This document shows positions 10,101 to 20,108 of a stretch of 64,000 bases of DNA, one piece after another. The stretch covers positions 1 through 64,000 of the forward strand of contig JBDRML010000001.1 in the NCBI GenBank assembly GCA_043812195.1, read 5' to 3'. This stretch comes from Candidatus Woesearchaeota archaeon. GTDB lineage: Archaea > Nanobdellota > Nanobdellia > SCGC-AAA011-G17 > PNOQ01. The notes under the pieces were generated by a model. It did no database searches. It had not been told where the DNA came from and saw only the letters and a program-made list of their open reading frames with translations. Position numbers and translations under genes: made by a program. Positions within the stretch are counted from its first letter, which is position 1. The number at the start of each line of letters is the position of its first letter.

Positions 10101-10463
10101 ATGAAAAATAAAGGAGTATCTAACACAGTAAGAATCAAAATACTAAAAAGAGATAACTATGAATGCCAAAAATGCGGAGAAGCAGATAAAACAAGCAAAA
10201 CACTAGAGATACACCATGTAAATCCATTTTATCAAAGCCACGACGACAGTTTTAATAATCTAATCACATTATGTTCAACTTGCCACAAATATGCTCCCAA
10301 TTCTACAGAAGAGTTTCAAGGGTATATATCTGATCAAATTAGTGCAATCGCGACGGTATTGTCTAAAATATTTAAAAAAGTTATAGAAGAATATACCGAC
10401 AAGGAATGGGAAGGACTTGAGCAAGAAATAGAAAAAGAACAGAAACTTCCTATCAATACTTAA
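10101..10463 (+). CDS. HNH endonuclease
   Basis: RDNYECQKCG...LEIHHV...NLITLCSTCH. Confidence 0.9.
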   Translation: MKNKGVSNTVRIKILKRDNYECQKCGEADKTSKTLEIHHVNPFYQSHDDSFNNLITLCSTCHKYAPNSTEEFQGYISDQISAIATVLSKIFKKVIEEYTDKEWEGLEQEIEKEQKLPINT

Positions 10464-10639
10464 AACTTATAGGTCTCAAAACTTACTATCAATAATTAAA
10501 AGTTATGCACATATATAAAACTAAATAGTTTAATCAAAACTTAAAACTTTAAAACATTCAAAAATCCTCGACGGCGTTAATAAGCTTTATATACTAGTAA
10601 AATAATAATCAAATATCACTTTAAAAGGGGGTGAATCAT

Positions 10640-10795
10640 TTGGGAAAAGTAATTGCTAAAAACGTTATCACAAGAAAACCAGGATTTCTTTATTATGTAG
10701 ACGGACAAGGAAATGTTTGTGAAGCAAAGATGTCTCGTGGTGGCAAAAAAAAGAAGGTTGCTAAAAAGAAAGTAACAAAGAAAAAGAAGAAGTAA
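10640..10795 (+). CDS. 51-aa highly basic protein, putative nucleic-acid-binding (not in ORF track)
   Basis: TTG start with GGGGTGA RBS; MGKVIAKNVITRKPGFLYYVDGQGNVCEAKMSRGGKKKKVAKKKVTKKKKK; T-rich terminator-like tract follows. Confidence 0.75.
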   Translation: MGKVIAKNVITRKPGFLYYVDGQGNVCEAKMSRGGKKKKVAKKKVTKKKKK

Positions 10796-10907
10796 ATTAA
10801 TTATTTTATTTTTTTATTTCTTTTAACATAAGAAAGAACTCTAACAATTATTTTTATTTATTCAATTTAACAAAAATAATATATACTAGACCTTATTATA
10901 TTAAACA

Positions 10908-11603
10908 ATGAGAATATTTACAAATATATTTAGGAAAAGAACAGCAAAAAAAGCAAGATCAACTTTCCAAAACCTAAAACTGATAGATACTACTACTGGA
11001 AATTATGAAGATTTTTATGAAAAATTATCAAATAAAAGCCTAATTTTATTAATTACAGGAAAAAGAGGAAGTGGCAAAACAGCGTTAGGTATGAAACTAT
11101 TAGAAATTGCAAATTATACAGGAAAACCATGTTACGCAATCGGATTTCAAGATTCAAAATTACCAAGATGGATAATAAAATCAAAGAGTTTAGAAGAAGT
11201 AACAAATAATTCAGTGGTGCTTGTTGATGAAGGGGGAATAGTATTCAGTTCTAGGGAAAGCATGGGATCTTCAAATAAATGGCTCAGTAAACTAATGGCA
11301 ATAGCACGTCATAAAAATATAAGTTTATTCCTAATAACTCAAAATTCAGGAATGATAGATCTCAATGTGTTGAGACTTACAGATACAATTATACTAAAAG
11401 AACCAAGTCTACTACAATCAACTTTTGAAAGAAAAGCCATAAAGGAAAAATACGAAGAAGTTAGTAAAATATTCAAAAAACAAGATGAAAAAAGTTCTAA
11501 ATTTTACATTTGGGATGATGATTTTGAAGGATTAGTAAAATTTGATTTACCTCCCTTTTGGAATCAATCAATAAGTAAAAGTTTTAGTAAATTAAAAAAA
11601 TAA
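10908..11603 (+). CDS. P-loop NTPase (Zot/packaging-ATPase-like)
   Basis: GKRGSGKT Walker A, VLVDE Walker B, ARHK...ITQN. Confidence 0.75.
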   Translation: MRIFTNIFRKRTAKKARSTFQNLKLIDTTTGNYEDFYEKLSNKSLILLITGKRGSGKTALGMKLLEIANYTGKPCYAIGFQDSKLPRWIIKSKSLEEVTNNSVVLVDEGGIVFSSRESMGSSNKWLSKLMAIARHKNISLFLITQNSGMIDLNVLRLTDTIILKEPSLLQSTFERKAIKEKYEEVSKIFKKQDEKSSKFYIWDDDFEGLVKFDLPPFWNQSISKSFSKLKK

Positions 11604-12002
11604 TTACTTCTTCAAAAATTTATTCAATTCTTGATTCTTTATATCTTGATATTTCTTAATTTTTCTCCAACCAACTAGATCTAATCTTCTTTTTTCACCA
11701 CAATTAGGACATTTTGAAGGTTTTTTATTGTCTGTAGTATTAGACATCCATTCCCAATTACAACTCTTACACAACATAGTATGTCTAAATAACCCTTCAC
11801 CATCTGAGGAAGATGCTTCTCCATCATTCATTCTAAATCTAGAGATAAACAAAAACAAAATAAGGACAAACAAAGAAAAGATAGCAGCTAATAGGTATTT
11901 ATTATTAGACATATCCAATAATGACAAAGCAATAAAAGTAAAAATAAACGCAATAACATAAACAATCAGATCTTCAACAAGCTGTTTATGAAATTGACCC
12001 AT
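11604..12002 (-). CDS. Membrane protein with zinc ribbon
   Basis: Two TM helices; CKSC...CPNC. Confidence 0.65.
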   Translation of the reverse strand: MGQFHKQLVEDLIVYVIAFIFTFIALSLLDMSNNKYLLAAIFSLFVLILFLFISRFRMNDGEASSSDGEGLFRHTMLCKSCNWEWMSNTTDNKKPSKCPNCGEKRRLDLVGWRKIKKYQDIKNQELNKFLKK

Positions 12003-12032
12003 ATAATAGGGAATCTTACAAAATTTATAAAA

Positions 12033-12740
12033 CTAACCCATATAGCTAATTTCCCTTTCTTCACTATTTGTTTTTACAACATTAGCTTTTTTAACTATAG
12101 TTTTAATCTTTTCTTCGAATTGTTCAGCTTTCTTCAATAAAGGTTTATAATCTACTCCTAAACCAAGATATTTATCCAAAACCTCAATTATCTTAGCAGC
12201 AGCTCTACTATCTGGCAATCCAGTCTTTGTTTCAGCAAATATACACGAAATAGGAACTTTATCTGCCTTCAATAATAAGCTCGCACTAACTCCCATAATA
12301 ATTCCTTCTTCTAAAGGTTTAATTCCAACTTTATCCCACTTCTTAGATTTAATTTTAGAATAATAATATGCCTCACAACCACCTTTCTCTTTTCCAACTG
12401 CACCAACACCCTCAATACTAATAACTTCTTTAGCTTTTAATTTCTTGGCCATCTCTTCCAAAACATTTGCTAGTTTCCACTCAACACCTTTTATGTTCGT
12501 AATAGTATGTAATATAACCAAATTATATTTCTTGTTATAAAAAATTCCCAAAGGATCAATCACTTTTTTATCATGAACAGCAACGATAGGGTTCATTTCA
12601 CTAAACCATATAGAGCCTATCTTAACAGTTTCTAAGTGATCTAATAAAAATTCAGTAGAAATAGTCCCTACTAATCCAAATCCTGGAAAACCTTCTATAA
12701 TAGTTACATTTTGTGGTTTTTTCCATAATTCTATTTTCAT
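12033..12740 (-). CDS. PAC2-family proteasome assembly chaperone
   Basis: IEGFPGFGLVGTI...GIIMGVSA...PDSRAAAKIIEVL...SYMG C-terminus. Confidence 0.9.
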   Translation of the reverse strand: MKIELWKKPQNVTIIEGFPGFGLVGTISTEFLLDHLETVKIGSIWFSEMNPIVAVHDKKVIDPLGIFYNKKYNLVILHTITNIKGVEWKLANVLEEMAKKLKAKEVISIEGVGAVGKEKGGCEAYYYSKIKSKKWDKVGIKPLEEGIIMGVSASLLLKADKVPISCIFAETKTGLPDSRAAAKIIEVLDKYLGLGVDYKPLLKKAEQFEEKIKTIVKKANVVKTNSEEREISYMG

Positions 12741-12817
12741 AAAATAACTATTCTTTCTAATCTTTAAATATCTTTCTATACAAAAACTATATAAAATAGA
12801 AAATCAAAATTTCTGCC

Positions 12818-13639
12818 ATGGTTGATAGGGCACTTATAAACTATATTAAAGACGGTCTTTCTAAAGGATACTCAAAAGAAGAACTTAAAAAAATTCTTTT
12901 AGAAAATGGCTGGTCAATAAAAGAAGCAATGGAAGCACTAAGTATAGTATCAAGGATGCCAGTTCAACAAAAAACAGGAACACAAACACAACAACCACAA
13001 AGAAAATTAGCAGTAACTAGTCTAACAACTATTGAAAGAGATAGATTAGTCCCATTTATGAAAGCTGCACTAAACAAAGAAATTGATAGAGAAGACATAA
13101 AATTTGCACTAATAAAAAAAGGTTGGCCAGAAGACAAAGTTATGGAAGCATTTAGGTTAGTAGATATTGAAAAAGAAGAAGCAATGCAAAAACCAGTAGA
13201 ATACGGACAATATAAACCAGAATCTGGATTTGAATTTGATCCAAAAAGAATTATGTCTTATATTTTAAGTTTTATCCTTATGACTTTAGTAATAGGTGCA
13301 ACAGTTTCCCTTTTAATGTATGTAATTGCAATAACAGAATATAAAGTTATTGATCCAAAAACAGGAAGCCTTGTTAAAGGTGCATGTCTTGAAGAAAAAT
13401 GTGCAGACATGAAACGTCATGCCTTTATGGAAATTGGTTTACATCCAGATGCTACAGACAGAGGAAATTTATGGACTGCAATAATAATTGGTGCAGTATC
13501 AGCATTAATAATTTTATTAGCATTTATATTCGTATCTTTTAGAACAGCATTATTATGGGTTGTAAACTTGTTGTATTTCATGTTTATATGTTATATAGCT
13601 TATTTATGGATACGCTTTAATTACATAACATTGGGATAA
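12818..13639 (+). CDS. Membrane protein with two short helical repeats
   Basis: Repeated KGYS..ELK..L..NGW / I..ALIKKGW units and three TM helices. Confidence 0.65.
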   Translation: MVDRALINYIKDGLSKGYSKEELKKILLENGWSIKEAMEALSIVSRMPVQQKTGTQTQQPQRKLAVTSLTTIERDRLVPFMKAALNKEIDREDIKFALIKKGWPEDKVMEAFRLVDIEKEEAMQKPVEYGQYKPESGFEFDPKRIMSYILSFILMTLVIGATVSLLMYVIAITEYKVIDPKTGSLVKGACLEEKCADMKRHAFMEIGLHPDATDRGNLWTAIIIGAVSALIILLAFIFVSFRTALLWVVNLLYFMFICYIAYLWIRFNYITLG

Positions 13640-13679
13640 CAAAAGGCTTTTAAACTAATTCTTTTCAATTTTTAAGTAT

Positions 13680-13754
13680 GGGCCCATAGCTCAGTTTGGC
13701 TAGAGCACTTGGCTCTTAACCAAGGGGTCGCGGGTTCAAATCCCGTTGGGCCCA
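13680..13754 (+). tRNA. tRNA-Lys(CTT)
   Basis: GGGCCCA/TGGGCCC acceptor stem, D arm, CTTGG-CTCTTAA-CCAAG anticodon arm, GTTCAAATC T loop; no encoded CCA, no intron. Confidence 0.96.
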
Positions 13755-13803
13755 TTCACAATCTTAAGTTAATTTTATATATACTTCAATCATTATTATT
13801 TCT

Positions 13804-14529
13804 ATGATCAAAAAAGATGAAAAGAAAGTTATAATTGAATTACAAAACGCCTGCAAATATTATTATATGGGGCACAATATTTTAAAAGCAGTCAACGGAG
13901 TTTCTTTGAAAATTAGAGAAGGAGAATTTGTTGCAATAATGGGGCCATCTGGTTCAGGCAAATCTACTATGATGAATTTAATAGGTAGTTTAGATGTTCC
14001 AACTAAAGGAAAAATATTTCTTGACGGAGAAGATATTTCCACATTAGATGAATCAGATCTAGCTCAAATAAGAGGACAAAAAATAGGATTTATCTTCCAA
14101 TCATTCAATCTCATAAATAATCTTACTGCAAAAGAAAATGTAATGATTCCTATGATTTTTCAAGGATATGATATTGATGAAAGAGGATTTAGAGCAGATG
14201 AACTAATAAAATTAGTAGAATTAACACCCTGGGCTGCACATTCTCCAGGAGAACTTTCTGGAGGTCAGCAACAAAGAGTTGCAATTGCTAGAGCCTTAGC
14301 AAATTCCCCAGAAGTTGTGTTAGCAGATGAACCTACTGGAAACTTAGATACAAAAACTGGCGAAACTGTTATGGATTTTCTCAATGGATTGAACAAAAAA
14401 GGAAAAACTATTGTCATGGTCACTCACGATCCAGATTTAGCTAAAGAATATGCGGATATTGTATATTGGTTAAGAGACGGAAAAATCGAAAAAGTAACTA
14501 AGAAAACAGTTAAACGGAGAATAAAGTAG
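13804..14529 (+). CDS. ABC transporter ATP-binding protein (LolD/MacB type)
   Basis: GPSGSGKS, LSGGQQQRVAIARAL, LADEPTGNLD, VTHD. Confidence 0.95.
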   Translation: MIKKDEKKVIIELQNACKYYYMGHNILKAVNGVSLKIREGEFVAIMGPSGSGKSTMMNLIGSLDVPTKGKIFLDGEDISTLDESDLAQIRGQKIGFIFQSFNLINNLTAKENVMIPMIFQGYDIDERGFRADELIKLVELTPWAAHSPGELSGGQQQRVAIARALANSPEVVLADEPTGNLDTKTGETVMDFLNGLNKKGKTIVMVTHDPDLAKEYADIVYWLRDGKIEKVTKKTVKRRIK

Positions 14530-14530
14530 G

Positions 14531-15754
14531 ATGATTAAAGATTTTTTTTATTTAGCTTTCAAAAATCTCAAAAGCAGAGGAATTAGATCATGGTTAACTT
14601 TATTAGGAATATTTATTGGAGTAACCGCAGTTGTCTCTCTAATTTCTTTAGGAAACGGTTTACAAATGGCTGTAGCGAGTCAATTTGGCATAAGTGAAAA
14701 TGAATTGATTACTGTTCAGGCAGGTGGTCTAAGTGGATTCGGCCCTCCAGGAAGCACAGTTGTAGATCCTCTAACAAGAGAAGATGCAAACGCAATCGAA
14801 AGATTAAGCAGCGTAAAAAACACAGTTCTAAGAAATATTGAGGACGGAATAGTTGAGTACAATAATTATGTAAATTTCAGGTATGTTGGAACCATACCAG
14901 AAAATAAAGAAGATATAAAATTAATCAATGCACAATTAGACGCAGAACCATTACTTGGCAGACTCCTTAAAGAATCTGATTTAGGAAAAGTGGTCTTAGG
15001 TTATAATTTTTATAATAAAAAAGAAGAATGGGGCGACAAAGTAATAGAACCAGGTAAAGCGATACTAGTCAATAATGAAAAATTTGAAGTCATAGGGATT
15101 GTAGAAAAGAAAGGAAGCATAATTATGGACAACGTTGTCCTAATGCTTGAAAGTGATGCAGATGATTTATTTGGATTTGGAGATGAAGCTGATGTTATCA
15201 TTGTAGAACCAAAAAATAAAGAAGAAATAGCAAAAACAAAAGAAGATATTGAAAAATTATTAAGACAAAGAAGAGATGTAGATGAAGGTGAAGAAAATTT
15301 TGAAGTAAGTACTCCAGAAGCAGCATTAGCTTCTGTAAATAGTATTCTTGATGGTGTACAAATATTCATAGTAATTATTGCTTCCATCTCAATATTCATA
15401 GGAGCAATTGGGATTATCAATACAATGATAACTTCTGTCATGGAAAGAAAAAAAGAGATAGGAATAACAAAATCAGTAGGTGCAAGAAACGAACATGTCT
15501 TCTTACAATTTTTCATAGAATCTAGTTTATTAGGTTTAATCGGCGGTGCAGTTGGAATTTTATTTGGTACATTAATCGGATTTGCAGGAATCTATGGAAT
15601 TAATCTATGGTTAGGCACAGAATTGGGATTAAACATTGATTTTATCTTAATTTTTGGTTCATTATTTGGTAGTTTTTTAATCGGAGGCATAGCCGGAATA
15701 GTTCCTGCAATGCAGGCAGCAAAACAAAATCCAGTGGAGGCTTTAAGAGGATAA
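14531..15754 (+). CDS. ABC transporter permease (MacB/FtsX type)
   Basis: RSWLTLLGIFIGV...SVMERKKEIG...NPVEALR. Confidence 0.92.
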   Translation: MIKDFFYLAFKNLKSRGIRSWLTLLGIFIGVTAVVSLISLGNGLQMAVASQFGISENELITVQAGGLSGFGPPGSTVVDPLTREDANAIERLSSVKNTVLRNIEDGIVEYNNYVNFRYVGTIPENKEDIKLINAQLDAEPLLGRLLKESDLGKVVLGYNFYNKKEEWGDKVIEPGKAILVNNEKFEVIGIVEKKGSIIMDNVVLMLESDADDLFGFGDEADVIIVEPKNKEEIAKTKEDIEKLLRQRRDVDEGEENFEVSTPEAALASVNSILDGVQIFIVIIASISIFIGAIGIINTMITSVMERKKEIGITKSVGARNEHVFLQFFIESSLLGLIGGAVGILFGTLIGFAGIYGINLWLGTELGLNIDFILIFGSLFGSFLIGGIAGIVPAMQAAKQNPVEALRG

Positions 15755-16956
15755 TGTTAAGCGGAGAAAGCGTCAAATATTCATTAAAAAATTTGAAAAA
15801 ACATAAAGCTAGAAGTTTTTTAACAATATTTTCTATCTTAGTCGGTATAGCAACTATTTTTATTTTTGTAAGTTTCGGGCTTGGATTATACAATTATATA
15901 GAAGAACTATCTTCCAGCTCGTCAGCAGATAAAGTACTAATAATGCCTAAAACTGCAGGAGGATTTACTTCTAATGCTGTTACTATGAATGATTCTGATA
16001 TAAATGCAATTGAACGTACTCCAAGAGTTTACGAAGCTACAGGTATGTATTATGGTGCTGCATTAGTAAAACAAAATAAAAATCAAAAATATACATTTCT
16101 TATTTCATACGATCCCAAAAAAGATATGATTCTAGAGTCTTTTGCTGTTGATGCTATTGAAGGAAGAGTACTCAAACCAGGAGATACAAATAAAGCATTA
16201 CTAGGATATAATTATCTAATTCCAAATAAAATATTTCCCAAAGCATTAAAATTAAATGATAATATAGAAGTAAATGGAGAAAATCTTAAGATAATTGGAT
16301 TTTTAGATGAAATTGGAAATCCCCAAGACGATTCTCAAGTATACATTACAAATGAGCAATATGAATCAATGAATCCTGATACGAATTCTTATGGTCAAAT
16401 ATTTGCTAGAGTAGATATAAAAGATATAAATAAAGTAGTAGAAGATATAGAAAAAAGTCTAAGAAGATCAAGAGATTTAGAAAAAGGCAAAGAAGATTTC
16501 ACAGTACAATCTTTTAATGAGTTAATCGAAGCTTATTCTAGCGCATTAAATATAGTTATCGGATTCGTGCTTCTAATAGCTCTTATCTCTGTTATAGTTT
16601 CCACAGTAAACACTGCAAACACAATGATAACCTCAGTTTTAGAAAGGTACAAAGAAATTGGAGTCTTAAAAGCTGTAGGAGCAAGAAACTCAGAGATTTT
16701 TAGTATATTCTTATTTGAAAGTGCATTCTTAGGATTTGTAGCAGGAGTTTTAGGATGTTTATTAGGTTGGACAATAGCAAGTATTGGAGGTTTAATTCTA
16801 AAAAATTTAGGTTGGAGTTTCCTGCAACCTTATATTTCAATTTACTTATTTGCAGGTTTAATTTTATTTGCTGTAGTCACAGGCGCAATTTCAGGCGCTT
16901 TACCAGCAAGAAGAGCTTCAAAAACAAATATCGTAGACGCATTAAGAACAGAATAA
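15754..16956 (+). CDS. ABC transporter permease (MacB/FtsX type)
   Basis: RSFLTIFSILVGI...SVLERYKEIGVLKAVGA...IVDALR. Confidence 0.92.
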   Translation: MLSGESVKYSLKNLKKHKARSFLTIFSILVGIATIFIFVSFGLGLYNYIEELSSSSSADKVLIMPKTAGGFTSNAVTMNDSDINAIERTPRVYEATGMYYGAALVKQNKNQKYTFLISYDPKKDMILESFAVDAIEGRVLKPGDTNKALLGYNYLIPNKIFPKALKLNDNIEVNGENLKIIGFLDEIGNPQDDSQVYITNEQYESMNPDTNSYGQIFARVDIKDINKVVEDIEKSLRRSRDLEKGKEDFTVQSFNELIEAYSSALNIVIGFVLLIALISVIVSTVNTANTMITSVLERYKEIGVLKAVGARNSEIFSIFLFESAFLGFVAGVLGCLLGWTIASIGGLILKNLGWSFLQPYISIYLFAGLILFAVVTGAISGALPARRASKTNIVDALRTE

Positions 16957-17351
16957 TTATACAAATATATTAAAAAGATTTTTAACGGTATTTAAAACTA
17001 CATGGCTTGAGAAAATATTTGTGAACATTTTCTAATGATACTCTTTCTATAGCCTCTAGATTTCCGCTTTGGATTGCTCTATCTAATCTCTTATAGTGTG
17101 ATTCTTGCGCTCGAGCATTTAGTCTATTTTCTAATTCTCTAACTTTTCTTATGTTTTCCCAATCAATTTCTGCTAATTGAAGTGTTGGAAATATTGCAGT
17201 TAAGGTTAAGTTTACCATAAAAATGGTAGTTTTAAAAGGATATTTAAATCTTTCTATTTTGTAGTAATATGGTGGTAGTAACAAGAGAAAGGTTCATAAA
17301 GGGATTAATAACAATAATTTTATCATATTTAAGATATGAAAATGAGAAAAA

Positions 17352-17561
17352 ATGAGTAAAAAAATATATAAATATAAAGAATATCTATATGAGACTTATT
17401 ATTTACCTATAGAGTTTCGTGAGGATGGATTTTATTTAGGTCATGTTGGTATTGAAGAAATTGATACAAATAATGGGCCTTTAACCTATCCAGAATTGAT
17501 AGCTGCTTTGATAGATGAGACTAGACCAAATAACCATGGAACTGAATTAAATTTAGTTTAA
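17352..17561 (+). CDS. Hypothetical protein
   Basis: Short ORF only. Confidence 0.35.
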   Translation: MSKKIYKYKEYLYETYYLPIEFREDGFYLGHVGIEEIDTNNGPLTYPELIAALIDETRPNNHGTELNLV

Positions 17562-17781
17562 AATACAATAGACGCGATTTGTCTCAGGCTGAGGTTGAAG
17601 GTTTGGAAGGAATTATAAAACTTAAAAATCAAACAGGGGAATTAGTTCGAAAAATAAATGAAACTAAAGATTTGTTAAGTGATGAATAAAAACCCACTTT
17701 TTATTTTTTTTAAAAGATCCATTAATTTAACAATGCAGAATAGTCAAAAACTTTATATACTGAAAAAATACAAAATCAATT

Positions 17782-18681
17782 ATGAAAGGGGTGATAAAAT
17801 ATCAATTTGTATTAATTTTATTCTTAAGTTTGTTTATGATAAATTTTGTTTCTGCTGCTAGTGTAAATAAACCATGTGATCTAGATGCATCTTTAGTAAA
17901 TCAAGACCCTTATCCAGCGATACAAGATGGTTATGTTGAAGTATTATTTCAGATAAATGGTGTAAATGATAATTGTTATGGTGGTGTTGTTGCAGAATTA
18001 GTTTTAGATTATCCATTCTCATTAGACCTAGGAGATTACACAAGAGCCATCAAATCAAGCACATATGCAGGATATGGCACTAGTTCTCATTGGAATCTAT
18101 TATATAAGTTAAGAGTTGATAAAAATGCAATAGAAGGAGATTATGAAGTAGAGCTTAGATATGGTGAAGGAAGTTATTTAGGTTTAAATGGCTATAAATT
18201 AAATAAATTCAACATAACTGTAGAAGACGGAAGAACTGATTTTGAAATTCATATTGATAATTACAAAATAAAAGACAAAACTATTACTTTTGAAATCTTA
18301 AATACGGGAAATCAAGACATTGAAGCATTAACTTTAGAAATCCCTCAACAACCAAATATTGATGTAAAAGGATCAAATAGAAATATAGTGGGAGATTTAG
18401 ATTCAAATGAATACACCACTGCAGATTTTGAAGCAATCCCTTACGATGGAAATATAAATATTAAAGTTTTTTATACAGATGTCACTAATGAAAGAAGAGT
18501 ATTAGAAAAAACAGTGTATTATGATTCAAGTTATTTTTTAGACACAATAGAAAACAAACCAGCAAGTATGACCACAACTTATACAATTCTTGGAATTATA
18601 GTTTTGATAATTGCATTCTTTATTTTCAGAAGATTTAGAAAAAATAGTAAGTCAAAACACAGAAAAAAATTCAAAATCTAA
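17782..18681 (+). CDS. COG1361-like S-layer/Ig-fold membrane-anchored protein
   Basis: Signal peptide, NQDPYPA, NTGNQD, IVGDLDSNE and C-terminal TM + basic tail. Confidence 0.75.
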   Translation: MKGVIKYQFVLILFLSLFMINFVSAASVNKPCDLDASLVNQDPYPAIQDGYVEVLFQINGVNDNCYGGVVAELVLDYPFSLDLGDYTRAIKSSTYAGYGTSSHWNLLYKLRVDKNAIEGDYEVELRYGEGSYLGLNGYKLNKFNITVEDGRTDFEIHIDNYKIKDKTITFEILNTGNQDIEALTLEIPQQPNIDVKGSNRNIVGDLDSNEYTTADFEAIPYDGNINIKVFYTDVTNERRVLEKTVYYDSSYFLDTIENKPASMTTTYTILGIIVLIIAFFIFRRFRKNSKSKHRKKFKI

Positions 18682-18722
18682 TAACCATTATTCTTATAAA
18701 CACAACTTGATTACCTTTTAAA

Positions 18723-19340
18723 ATGAAATATTTATTCTTAGATATAGAAACAGTCCCAATAGAAATAAAGGATGAAACTATCAGAGAATACTTAATGGAC
18801 AAACAGATTAGCAAAGAGATGAGAGCATTTAATCCAAGCTACTCAAAAATAATTACAATTTGTATCAAACCCTTAGGAGAAGAAATTATCACATTAACAG
18901 GTAATGAAACAGAAATATTAACCAAAATGTGGCAAATCCTAAGCAACGAAAACCAGAAAGAAAAAATTACTATAGTAACCCATAATGGATATCAGTTTGA
19001 TATACCTTTTTTAATTTTAAGATCAATAACCAATGATGTAACAATTTCAATAAATATAAACACAAACAAATGGTCAATGGAAAATTCAAACCACTTTGAC
19101 ACAATGCTATTCTTTTCTCAATATGGGACCTTCACAAACACAAGACTAACAATATTAGGAAAAATGTTTGACATAGAAACCCCTGGAGAAGGTGTATCTG
19201 GCGCAGATGTAGAAAGATTATATCACGAAGGAAAAATAGAACTAATAAACAAACATTGTAAGGAAGATGTAGAACTGCTAGAAAAAGTATTCTCTAAAAA
19301 ATGTATCAAACATTTAGAAGCAAGAAGAAGTAGATTATAA
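18723..19340 (+). CDS. PolB-like 3'-5' exonuclease (RNase H fold, DEDD)
   Basis: LDIETVP, VTHNGYQFDIPFL, HFDTM, HCKEDV. Confidence 0.85.
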   Translation: MKYLFLDIETVPIEIKDETIREYLMDKQISKEMRAFNPSYSKIITICIKPLGEEIITLTGNETEILTKMWQILSNENQKEKITIVTHNGYQFDIPFLILRSITNDVTISININTNKWSMENSNHFDTMLFFSQYGTFTNTRLTILGKMFDIETPGEGVSGADVERLYHEGKIELINKHCKEDVELLEKVFSKKCIKHLEARRSRL

Positions 19341-19350
19341 TAATTTTTCT

Positions 19351-19665
19351 TTACCCAAGAACATATTCACACTTATTATTTACACATTCACAAGTTCCAG
19401 GGATACATTGTCCAGAAACAAACATTTTTCCAAAAATAGTAGTTCTTCCAGTTGAATAAGATTCACCAATATTAACACAAGTCCCGCAAGATACCAGCTT
19501 ACAATCAGAATTCACTGAACAAGAATAATCACAATTTTCAGGGTTCCACCTAGAACATCCAACAGCTTCCTTTATCATTATAACCTCAACAACCACAACA
19601 TAAACAAATATAGGAAATAAAAGTATCACTAAGAATATCTTAACCCATTTTTTCATAATTAACAA
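19351..19665 (-). CDS. Small Cys-rich membrane-anchored protein
   Basis: TM segment then CSVNSDC...CECVNNKC. Confidence 0.6.
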   Translation of the reverse strand: MLIMKKWVKIFLVILLFPIFVYVVVVEVIMIKEAVGCSRWNPENCDYSCSVNSDCKLVSCGTCVNIGESYSTGRTTIFGKMFVSGQCIPGTCECVNNKCEYVLG

Positions 19666-19691
19666 TTAAAAATAAAACTATTTAAATTATT

Positions 19692-19970
19692 CTATAACAA
19701 TAAGTCTTTTATATGTTCTATATGGTCAGCTACTTTCTCACCAGTCTCTGTTAACTTAATTGTCTTTATTCTTCCCTTTTTTTCAAAATTAACCAATTTA
19801 TTTTTCTCCATTTCTTGGATAATCTTAACAGCATGAGAATAAGTACAATCAACTTCCTTAGCTAATACAGAGCCGTATCTTGTCTTAGGATTGTTTCTTA
19901 GTGCTACAAGAATCATAGCGGGTTTTCGTCTGAAAAACACTTCAAATATATCTTTTTTGTCCACTTCCAT
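19692..19970 (-). CDS. Winged-helix (MarR-like) transcriptional regulator
   Basis: SVLAKEVDCTYSHAVKIIQEMEK...KKGRIKTIKLTETG. Confidence 0.85.
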   Translation of the reverse strand: MEVDKKDIFEVFFRRKPAMILVALRNNPKTRYGSVLAKEVDCTYSHAVKIIQEMEKNKLVNFEKKGRIKTIKLTETGEKVADHIEHIKDLLL

Positions 19971-20108
19971 TACTCCCTATGAATCAGCCATTATATTTAA
20001 AGCTTTATATATTCTACTATATATATTTTCTGTAACTTACTTTTAAATAGCCTCTTTAAATCAGGATATAACGCAACATTTATATAACTATTTTTTATGT
20101 CTTAAATT

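Noticed and set aside
13680-13754. tRNA-Lys as the integration site for the nearby recombinase
   Set aside because: No duplicated tRNA 3' fragment was seen elsewhere in the window
16982-17284. 100-aa minus-strand ORF
   Set aside because: No recognisable motif and start uncertain (probably a shorter ORF from MVNL); not supportable as a functional call
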